Under the pieces are notes generated by a model. That model had not been told where the DNA came from, did not search any database, and was given only the letters and a program-made list of their open reading frames with translations. A stretch of DNA of 39,506 bases from assembly GCA_045837725.1 (NCBI GenBank), contig JBEWZL010000204.1:62001-101506 (forward strand). The letters run 5' to 3'. This stretch comes from Vermamoeba vermiformis (Eukaryota). The first letter of the stretch is position 1. Every line of letters begins with the position of its first letter. Both the position numbers and the translations under genes were made by a program. Shown here in pieces: positions 11,737 through 22,441 of this stretch.

Positions 11737-12916
11737 ATGGGTAACTGGGGCTCGAATGGAGCCAATCCGAAGAAAGAACGGATTGTGATGTTGGGCTTGG
11801 ACAACGCAGGTGCGGGAATAACGGAAAACCGCAATAATATCGACCTATATTAATTATATAATTAGGCAAGACATCGATTTTGTACAAATTAAAGCTTGGT
11901 GAGGACATCCAGACTACGCCCACAATCGGTAAGAGGTTTATTCCTAGGAAACTGATTTTTATTTTACTAACCGAAATGCACGTGCAGGATTTAATGTTGA
12001 AACAATTAAGAAGAATGGTATCGTATTAAATGTTTGGTAAGTTAAAAAAAATGAGTTAATTATTATTAAATCTACAACGGTGCTGTGACGGCTTTAAGTT
12101 TTCACTAATGCACGAATGTAATTTATTTCACTATTTTACACGAGTAAATATCTCGAGAGTATTCAATATTGCAACGGTAATTTTAAATCTTCCGTTTTAC
12201 GATCTGACGCGATCTGTGTTAGGGAAATTTGCGTTAATATTTTCATAATTATAGGGATCTTGGAGGACAACAGAAAATTCGCTCATTATGGGCTCATCAC
12301 CTCAAAGACGCTATTGGTCTTATTTTCGTGATTGACAGTAACGATCAGAGTCGTTTTGACGAATCAATTCGAGAATTGACGCAATTATTAAAAGACGCTC
12401 AATTAGCTAAAGCTCGTAAGTAATTCAACCTATATTTCTTCTCAGGAAATTGGAAATTGCGTTTGAAAATGCGTAATTAAATTCACCAGCCCACAACTAT
12501 TTAAAATTTCGTTGCAAATTGTCTCTAATATTTCAATATTAATTTTTATTAATTATTTAGACGTATTGGTACTCCTTAACAAGCAAGATATCCCCTCAGC
12601 AACACCAGCTCAAGAAATTATTGATTTAGTTAAACAACGAACAAATATTACAGAACGCGATCACTTATTTATGGTAATTATCGTGCACTATTATTATGAT
12701 AATTTTAGACAATATAATTTTGCTGTCTTACGTCAGCACCTCTAAAACTAGATCCCTGCGCACCGACCACTTACATCAATCGATAATTAACACGTAATTT
12801 ATTTATAGGCCTGCAGTGCTATTACAGGTGATGGTCTCGAGGAGGCAATCACGTGGTTAGCAAGCAAGTCAACAGTGCGGGATTACAACGCGGGCTTGCG
12901 ATGTTCAATCTTGTAA
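11737..12916 (+). CDS. Arf-family small GTPase with C-terminal CaaX (CSIL); 6 exons
   Basis: Missed by the ORF track because the exons are small. Spliced product: MGNWGS..VMLGLDNAG|KT..TTPTIG|FNVE..VW|DLGGQ..LIFVIDSND..|LLNKQD..|ACSAITGDGLEEAITWLASKSTVRDYNAGLRCSIL*. Confidence 0.92.
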
Positions 12917-13603
12917 GGCAGCGTGACTCCAATTCAACACTCGCGTTGCAGCCAAACAACTCCTTTTTTGTGAATATTATTGCCAAGTATAGTATATACC
13001 ACCTTCTTCCCGGTTACGTCATTACAAAGACATGACCCCTTGCCGACCGAACTCCACATCCCGCGCTTCCGCGACAACTATTTATTTCCAATCCTTGTAA
13101 TGCCATAATTCGAATAAAACTCGTTAGCGATAGAATATTGCTGATGTTAGAGAAATCAATTGGGGTGTGTGGAACTCAGTGCGACCAAAATTAGCTGTGG
13201 TAACGGTCAAAAAGTGCGTGTTTTATTCCTCGTGAGTTTCTATTTCATTTTTTTATTTAAAGCCAGAGCAACAGCAACTAACGTTTTTAGTTTGCTAAAT
13301 AACAGAAGGAGTTCGAAAAGTTGAAGCTTACCGCTTGATCAAACCGTCGAATCTGAGGTAAAAACTCGTCAATAGATCAGTTTTTGGCAAATCGTAATGT
13401 TATCTTGCATACAAAGAATTGTATAGCATGAAATACTGTTTCAGTATCACAAAATCAATAATGATTCAGATCTGCAACGCAGTATTGTTTAAAAATTACA
13501 AATAAGGCCCAAATATGCACATAACACCTCCTTAACGCTATCACTATTTTTAAAAATAATACACAGCAGTATAATCTCTTGTTTAACGAAAAGTCATATT
13601 CAG

Positions 13604-15346
13604 ATGCTGGCACGAGCTTTATTGAAATCAGTGGCCCGTCGTATGGCACCAAGAGCGGCCAAAAATACGTCATTTAATATCGCAAGACGATATACAACTC
13701 ACAAAGTGAACTCTGCGCTTGGATTTGGTCGATCGGCTATTTTAGTAGGCCTTGGAGCCGGAGCTTTAGGCGTGGGAGCATTCTTATTTGCACCACGTAG
13801 CTATGCAGAGGATAAACTCAAGCAAGAGCTGAATAAAACAGACGAAGAAGAACAAGAAGGAGCAGTTTTTGAACGCGCGGGATCCTTCCGTTCTGATCTG
13901 CCAATCTTTTCACGCGAAGAGATTAGCAAACATAACACAATCGAGACAAGGATATGGGTGACTTATAAAGAAGGAGTATATGACATTACGGAGTTTATTG
14001 ATATTCATCCTGGTATGTAAAGCTTGGAAAAGTTGAAACTCCGAATCTAGCTCACAAACAATTCAGGCCGCGATAAGATTCTAATGGCAGCTGGCCGTGC
14101 TATTGATCCATTTTGGACTATGTACCAGCAACACAGAACAGATCAAGTTGCTGAAATGCTCGAGGAATACAGAATTGGTAACCTGAACAAAGAAGACGCA
14201 GCAAAGATCCAATCCGAAATGACGAGCGATCCTTATGTCTTTGAACCTACGCGCAATCCTCAATTGCTTCGAAGATCAATGAAACCGTTCAATGCAGAAA
14301 CACCTGGAGAATTATTGACACAAAACCTCGTGACACCGAATGATGTATTCTACATCCGCAACCACTTGCCAGTGCCTCACATTGAAGAGTCCAAATATGC
14401 CTTGACTATCACTAGCGAGTCCCTCGATAAGCCTATTGTCCTCACGCTCGAAGACTTGAGAAACAAGTTCAAACAACACAGTGTTATGGCTGCTATTCAA
14501 TGCGCAGGAAACAGACGCGATGATTTCAACAAGCTGAAAGAAGTCAAAGGATTGACGTGGGACGTCGGTGCTATTGGCAATGCAGTATGGTCCGGTCCTA
14601 AGTTGCGCGACATTCTCATCTGGGCCGGCGTAGATCCCGAGTCATCGGATCTGATGCACGTGCATTTTGAAGGTCTCGATAAGGACTTTGAAAAGAACTA
14701 CGCTGCTTCTATTCCCATCGACAAGGCCATGTCACCGCACGGAGATGTCATTCTTGCCTTGCAAATGAACGGCGAAAACATTCCCATCGATCACGGCTAC
14801 CCAGTCCGTGCTGTCGTCCCTGGCGTCGTCGGTGCTCGTAACGTCAAGTGGCTCGGAAAAGTGCACGTAAGCAAGAACGAGTCGAATGGTCACTGGCAAC
14901 AATTGGACTACAAAGGATTCAGTCCTGACGCTGACTGGCGCAATCTCGATTTCAATTCAGCACCAGCCATTCAAGAAATGCCCGTCCAATCAGCCATCAC
15001 GCACATCAAGCCCGAGGCAGACAATATCAGCATTAAAGGCTACGCTTGGAGCGGTGGTGGTCGAGGAATTGTTCGCGTGGATGTGTCAACTGACGGTGGT
15101 AAAACGTGGCAAGTCGCGGAGTTGGAGAAACCTAATCAACGTCCTGGTCGTGTGTGGGGCTGGACTTTGTGGAAATTGAATGTTCCTGTGGAGCAAGTCA
15201 AAGACAAGGACCAGTTGTTACTCGTTGCCAAGGCGGTTGACGAGGCATATAATGTTCAGCCGGATGGTACTCCAGGATTGTGGAATTTACGAGGAGTTTT
15301 GAACAATGCTTGGCACATGCGCGAAGTTAAAATTGACCGTAAATAA
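13604..15346 (+). CDS. SUOX: Mitochondrial sulfite oxidase (cytochrome b5, Moco and dimerisation domains)
   Basis: Presequence and TM segment; b5 motif VYDITEFIDIHPG|G; intron 14013-14066; FYIRNHLPVP, IQCAGNRR, DHGYPVR, GARNVKWL, KGYAWSGGGRGI, WNLRGVLNNAW. Confidence 0.96.
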
Positions 15347-15597
15347 AACAAAATTAGAATTTATTAACTTCAAGTTTCATGATTTTTTTTATTCCTTTGG
15401 TTGAGTAGTCGGAGTAATTTAATTAATACTAAAGAATAATGACTGAATTTACATGACCCTAAGCACGTGCATGAGATTTCTTAGCGTGATCTATTGCCTT
15501 TTATGGTTTTTTTTTTGGTTTTGCCAACATTTTTACTGTCTGCCGAAATTTTTTATCCATTCACTTTATTTCTTATTTACTAGCACCACGCGAGAAG

Positions 15598-16748
15598 ATG
15601 CAACTTCGTAAATTGCTTGTTTTATTGCTTGTTTTTGGATTCGTTGCCGCTGCTTTTGCTAACGACGGACCTGAAGCTGAAGGGCCCCACAGCGAGAGTA
15701 ACGGTCCCGAATCTGAAGGCGACGACGTCGAGCGCGAGTTCAAATTCCAGGTTGAAGCCGACCAGATCGAGGTCGAAGTCAAGATGAAGCAAAACGGCAC
15801 CGAAAGCGAACTCAAGCACAAGATTGAGGCCACTGAGAACGGAGTTGAATTCCGTGTTGCCTATCAACAAGAAAGCGGAAACACCGAGACCGAGCTTCGC
15901 TTGCGAGTTCGTTTGTTCCAATTGGTCGAATACATCCCAGACTCCACTCCAGGCTACCAAAACGAAGCCGTAAGTTGACGTCAAGAAATTGCGTTAGTAA
16001 TTACTTTAAGGGCAATTAACAAATTTAAATCAGTACTAAATATTAAATTTCTAATCTTTACCTACCTTAGATCGTCAACTCCTACAGCAATTGGAACTGG
16101 GGAAGCGGTTTCCAAGATACTACCTCCAACTCTAACACTCAAAAGGTCATCAACTTGAAGACTGCCGATGGAATTTTCACCTTGGTTCTTCGCGTGAACG
16201 CTCCATCCGACGCTTCGGGTCTCTCCGTAAGTTAACTAGCCATTCGCAAACAGAGCTCAAGCTAACATCATTAAACGCAGTTCAAACCTGAGGACGTTAA
16301 GTTCGATATCCAGCTTGATGCCGATGCAATGCGTGCCGCTGGTTGGTTGAACGGCACTGAAGTTGCTTTGCGTGCCGCATTGGCCAGCAGACTTGAGACC
16401 GAGAAAGAGCACGAGGATGACGACAAGCAAACTCAGAACGCCGTCAATGTTGGTGCTCCTGCCGACCTTTCAGGCTTGTACATGTCTTGGGTCAACTACC
16501 TCCAATGCGACAACAACAGAGTCAGCGTTGTGTCCTCTCCTTTGCGCAGAGATGACAGCCAACGCGAGAGCGATGACGACTCTGACAGCACTGCTCGCGT
16601 GGTCTCCTTCGCTTTCATCAACTTGGGCGAGAAGTCCAACAGCGCTTGCATCTGGGATCCTGTTGTCGGTCTTAGCAAGACTGGCAGCGCTGCTTCCATT
16701 GTCGCTTCTTGGGCCGTCATTGTTGCTGCCATCTTCGCTATGTTCTAA
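15598..16748 (+). CDS. Secreted, probably GPI-anchored surface protein of unknown function; 3 exons
   Basis: Signal peptide MQLRKLLVLLLVFGFVAAAFA. Introns 15970-16070 and 16227-16280 splice in frame. Beta-rich body (PEDVKFDIQL, IWDPVVG). Ends with small residues and a hydrophobic tail, SKTGSAASIVASWAVIVAAIFAMF*. Strong codon bias. Confidence 0.85.
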
Positions 16749-16855
16749 GCGTCGATTGTTCATCGTGCACTTGCCCATGATATCATAGTTGAAAATAAAT
16801 GTTCTTGATTTGTTTTCATTTACATTTTGTACATATAAATTATTGGTTAGTTATG

Positions 16856-18585
16856 TTATTTGGGGGCCAATTCGCTGAGCTTATACGTGAATGAGACAGG
16901 CGCGTCATCCTCTCGGTACACACTGAGCGTGACTTGTGGCTCGGCACCAGAAAAGGACTGTTCATTAGCGGTCAGTTTAATAAATGCATTCGTTCATTAA
17001 CGAAAAAATTGCAGTTCAACTTACGACGTCGACTTTGCCGAAGTAATTCTTGCCAATATCAAAGTAGACAACGTCTTCTCCGAGATTAGTATTGAGCGTT
17101 GTGGGGAACCCAGGGAATGCATCGATCGGCGACACGGTCATTTCGGGGAAACCTGCAACATGGCATTTAATCAACCTGGCCAGAATCACAATAACGTGGT
17201 TTACGTACCGATATCGTATTCGAATACAGCTGCGTAATGTCTGTCACCACTCAAAAGCACAACGCCGTGAATGTTGTTCGCGCGAATAAAGTCAAAAATC
17301 TTCTTGCGTTCTGTTTGGAAGCCGTACCACGTGTCAGTGTCTTCCGAGGTGAACGACCAAGGAACTGTAGAGATCAAGAACTATCAAGAGTTTAGTAAAT
17401 CAATCTTAATTTTAATTAGCGTATCAAACTTACTTTGAAGGTTGCGGTGGAATTCACAGCCAACAAATGATCGAACAAGTCGTTCAACTGTTGTGTTTGC
17501 AACATTGATTTTTGATCGTTGTCTACGTTCGTCTCCAGTGATCGATAGCTGCGCGAATCAGACACGAAGAAACTAGCTTGACCCATGATAAAGCTGTAAT
17601 AATACGAGCCTTGACGTGTCACGTTGGGATTTGCATTGCCATTGTAAAGTTCCCACGCAGCCACCGCAGTTTTATATAGAGGCTAATGAGATGTTACTAA
17701 ATATGGTATTCGTAATAAAATTGATAATTTGGTGACGTACGTCTTGATTGCCCAAGTCCCAGTTGTCGTTGAATTCGTGATCGTCAAACATAAATACTGA
17801 AGGCTTTGCAGTCATCAAATTAGTCATGGAAGGGTCGCCAATAACGTTGCGGTACTTTCTGTAGTAAAATTCCGAATCGTGTGATGCGTAGTACGGATGA
17901 TCCGAGTAGATAAAATCTCCTATGAACATGACAAAATCTGGATCTGAAGCCAACATGCGTGCAGGGCTATAATAAATTAATATAACAATCAAATATATCA
18001 TATAACTGCATACCCCTTCAACTGCTCAAAACCTCGAGCAAGGATGCAGGATCCGATCGCGAACGAGAAATCGAATTGACTTCCAGGCAGCTGTGTCGTA
18101 GTGAATGACAATATGTCTTGCGGAAAGCCATCGATAACAGGTTGGAATACGTATTTAGTGTTGGACTGGAGCTCAGCAATGCGGAATTTCGTAATGTAGT
18201 CTTTGGATTGCTCAAAGTTCAGCAGATAACCAAGTATTTAATTAACATAATCAATGCATTTAAAAATATGACGTACCACAGGAGTAGATTGCCACGAAGA
18301 TTTGCCGTCGTCAGGCTTGTATTGCACCCACTGGCCAAATCCGGTTAGTAATTTTTCGATGTACACGTTAATAGATGTCTCGTAAGATCTTACTCCGAGG
18401 GGCAAGTCTGTATTTCTAAGAACGATCACGGCCGAATTATGATCCACGTGGCCAATCATTACGAAGTTGAGATCGGTAAGCGGATTGGCTGAGGTTCGGT
18501 ACGCGAAGGTTGTCAAGACGATAAACGTCGTAATCCAAAGCGCCAAGCTGCAAACGGCGAATATTAACATCCATTTGGGTCTCAT
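16856..18585 (-). CDS. PhoD-like (alkaline phosphatase D) metallophosphatase with N-terminal anchor; multi-exon
   Basis: Motifs FGSC, DPDFVMFIGDFIYSD, DDHEFNDNWD, FFVSDSRSYRS, DTWYGFQTERKKIFDFI and VLLSGDRH in order. Last exon ends ELAPK* at 16856. Confidence 0.9.
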
Positions 18586-18833
18586 GAGTGGATCTGGATA
18601 AATACGGGTGATTAGTTTTGTGTTTATACTAAAATTGGAAAAAGCTCGGCCCGATCCACGCGTGCAAGAGTTTTATTCGTTTATGACAAGCAAATTTCTT
18701 AATATTACGGCTATATTGAAGCTTAATTAAAGAAAAGTAACGCAAGGAAAATTAGGGTCAAATTTTTAAAATTGCCGTTGAAATATAAATCAATAAAAAA
18801 AGGCAAATAAAATACAAATCATGATACTATGGC

Positions 18834-19088
18834 TCAAATATACATACCACATCTTTTGGCATTTGTCTCTGACTCCCATTTGCTTTTTTTCACGAGCGAC
18901 AAAACAAGTAATACAATTGCAAACGCAGATCCAATGACAAAGAATGCCCAATAAGCTCTAATAAATTGCTGGAAGGGGTATATCGATAGCAGGACTCCAA
19001 ACAGGAAAATTCCCAATACCAAGAAGAACACGATCACGCTGAACGCGGCGATCGCAAAAGACTTCACTGACGGCGCTGCTATTGGCAT
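18834..19088 (-). CDS. Small two-TM hypothetical membrane protein (3' end may be spliced)
   Basis: ATG at 19088. Two long hydrophobic segments followed by a basic tail. A possible GTATGT donor lies near the end. Confidence 0.5.
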   Translation of the reverse strand: MPIAAPSVKSFAIAAFSVIVFFLVLGIFLFGVLLSIYPFQQFIRAYWAFFVIGSAFAIVLLVLSLVKKSKWESETNAKRCGMYI

Positions 19089-19388
19089 GACTAACAATGC
19101 GATACTAATACGGCTCGTTGTTAGTCTCAGGCAGCGTAATATTCGAAAGAAAAGTTCCGTTGTGGATCAAAAAATCTCGCGCGTAAAAACCAGGTCGAAT
19201 CCCAAATCTTTGTCTGTTTAATTTTGATGCGCCTTAATTTATCATTATACTCGTTCGGTATAAATTGGCACTTTGTCAGGCCGAAGGTTTTTTTAGTTTC
19301 TGAACATTTAATGAAACAAGGACGGATCAAATCGGAACGCGCAAGCTATTGATTGTATAATGTATATAGTACAGGTGACGACATACAA

Positions 19389-20997
19389 ATGTCTCACGAA
19401 ATATTTCGCGACAATGGATACCGCCCTTTGTTGATCAGACCAAGGCTGCGAAAGAGCAAAGAGCACAGATCACCAACTTGGTTTGATCTCCTGTATGACT
19501 TATTATTTGTAGATACGATTGCACGATTGAGGCATTCGTATCACTTGGAGTAAGTCAGATTTGATTTTTTTTTAAGGAATATTTTTAAAAATTTATTACC
19601 AATTTCGTATTGATCTGACTTTTCTACATTTAGGTCCTCTACGGGCATATTAGAATTTTTTGTATTATTTATCCCTATTTACTGGCAATGGTTCCTAACA
19701 AACGCGTACTTAAATCGTTACGACACTGAAGATCTGTTCCACGCCATCTACTACTTGATCAACATGATATTTTTGGGTGGCGTATCGTTCAACATTATAC
19801 CTTGCTCAGGGCACGACTCTCAGTTCACAGAGTTCCATTGCAAACAATTCGCGCTATTTTTGGGTCTGCTCAGATCCGTTCACGTAATCGTCTTCTTGCG
19901 CGTGATATATCACATCCCTCAAGTACGGTTTTACTCGTGGATGCAAACTGCTGCGTCAATGCTCGTAACAGCTTGTTGGATCACCATGTTCTTCGTAGAG
20001 GACATTCCAGTGCTGTTTATAGCGTTGTGGCTGACGACAATATGCGTTGATTTATTCATTTTCTTCGTCTTGGTAAGATTTTATACACTGCAGACTCTCA
20101 AAAGTATACTTTTATTTTAATTTATTCCGCCACATTTAACGCGGCTGGATCCGTCAGATTTGCGCAAATTCGGATTAATACATCGATGTTAACATATGAA
20201 CTATTATAGGACAAATTCCCGTGCACTTCGCGCAACTATCCATCGGTGAACGGTCACTTGTTTCAACACCGCACCGGCTTGTTCATTCTACTCTCGCTGG
20301 GACAACTGATCGTCGATGGCTTGGACATTGAGCTCGAAAAGGACACGTTTGATTGGTCCATTGTGAGCAACAGTGCACTCGCTATCAGTCTAGCATTCAT
20401 CGTCAAGCTGTAAGTGCGTTACTTTTGACATCGTATCCATACTCACTAATGCTTCGTAGTCTTTATTTTGATGTCGGCCAGGCCACCAATCCCAAGTGGA
20501 ACAAAACAGCGGAGAGATTGTTTGTGATGTTGCACGTGCCATTCAACGGCGCAATCGTTTTGGCCGGGGTTGGCCCGTCACAATTACTCCGCCACGGCAC
20601 GATGACGTCATCAGCAAGATACGTGTTTTTAGGAGCACTAACGGTCATATCACTATTCTTCGCGATCTCTCTTGCGTTACAGCGTGGTGCAACTCAAGGC
20701 CCGAAATTTTCACGGGTGGCCATTAGAATCGTTGCAGCCGTCATGCTCATCATTCTGACGCTCGCCCCGCGCAGTCACTTGCCTGGCACTGCCTTGCTAG
20801 CATTGTCAGTTGGCATCATGGCCTTGATCTTCGTGTGGGATCTCGTGTCACAAATCGTCACCAATCGGCGCTGGAAACAACGACTTCGTGACGTGCACGA
20901 CGAAGAACAAGTGAAATTACTGGAAGAGGTCGAAGAAGAGAAGTTTTTGGTGCACGGCAGTAGTGAGAATAGTCAGCATACGTTTCCTGGACAATAA
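19389..20997 (+). CDS. LtrA (low temperature requirement A)-family polytopic membrane protein; multi-exon
   Basis: PTWFDLLYDLLFV matches LtrA TWLELFFDLVFV. Also W....Y.NRYDTED, HLFQHRTGLFILLSLGQ (cf. HLAERFGLF.II.LGE), LYFD and LHVPF. Many TM helices. Confidence 0.8.
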
Positions 20998-21337
20998 ATT
21001 CCGGATTTGATGGATGCGGAACAAGGGGCAGAGATCTAGGTCGGCTGTGATATTAATTATCAGAAATACTCGTTTGCTAAGTTGTCATTATAGAAGAAAC
21101 ACGGTAACCTGTTTCGAAAAAAGGGTTCCACCATGAATTTCGAAATTCGTTTTAGGTGCGGAATTATTGCAGTCTCGCTAAAAGAAAAGGACAATTCGCC
21201 AGTCTCACCAATTTGAAAGAATTCATTGTTGGAAGAAAATAACATTGCAACCAACGACAATAATCAGAGGTATTTTTATTACTTATTGAGGAAATATCTA
21301 CGCTCTGTTTTATACTTCTAATTCTTTTCTCCCCCAG

Positions 21338-22402
21338 ATGTCATTATTTATAATTTTGTCTATTGTCTTGTGTGGACAAGTTTTCGGTAAATAATAGTGA
21401 CAGAAACTCTTTCTCAATTTTTCTTTTGGAATTGAAAGTTTAACAATAATTTACGTATTTACTTTAGGTCAAGGCTGCTTCAATAATCAATTCGTCGTTC
21501 AAGGCGGCGGGAAGAATTATTTAACAATTAATTCTCCAACCGAAGTCCTCGCTTGCGGCGATATCAACATATGCAACTCCCTATCCGACGGTATTCAATC
21601 CCTAAGCGTAGCTAGTGATGGCACGCTGTCCATCTCCAAGGCAAACTCGATCCAGTTGCCTGATGCGAGTTCTACAAACGAAATTCAGACGCTCTCGTTG
21701 TCTGCCGACAATACAGGCATCTCTATATCTAGCGGCAATACTGTTACATTGCCAGATAGCAGCCCAACAAATGAACTTCAAACGCTGTCAATTTCTGGCA
21801 CCTCTCTGTCGATCTCCGGCGGAAATTCAGTCCAACTGCCAATAACTCCAGCTCAAACGCTATCATTGTCCTCTGATAACACTACACTTAGCGTATCGGA
21901 TGGAAATAGCATTAAATTACCGGATTCCAGCAACACAAACGAACTTCAAACTTTGACACTTGATGGTACTCAGCTGTCAATCTCGTCAGGCAACAGTATT
22001 GACTTGGCAACAGCTCCCTCGGCTAGAGCAGCATTCACATCAATCCCTGCTGGCACTGTGCTCCCTTTGTCTCTCACACAATTGGCATCACTGACCGTCA
22101 CACCTCCGACAAGGGGAACTGTCGTAACAAGGCTGTGTGGCGTGCTTTCTACAAGCAGTACAGCATATAATGGTGTAGTTTTCTACTTTGCAAATACTAC
22201 GACAGCAGTTGGACAGCCTAGCTACTGGGAAGGTTTGCAAACGGATTACCGAACATTCTGCGCTGAAAAATGGTGGTCCATTACAACGCCAGGCGTATCT
22301 GTAACGTACAACGTCCAAGGCTACCGAGGTGTATCGTCAATTACCGTCACAACCGTTGGCGATGCGTTATTTAGTGCTACTTTCATGCCGCTCCTTGCAT
22401 AA
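21338..22402 (+). CDS. Secreted Ser/Thr-rich protein with PD.S.TNELQTLS.SG..LSIS.GNSV.L repeats
   Basis: Signal peptide MSLFIILSIVLCGQVFG. Intron 21387-21467 splices in frame with ORF 21656..22402. About five repeat units followed by a beta-rich C-terminal domain. Confidence 0.8.
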
Positions 22403-22441
22403 AAGAGTTGACTGCCAAAATTTTTACATTGAACTATTATA

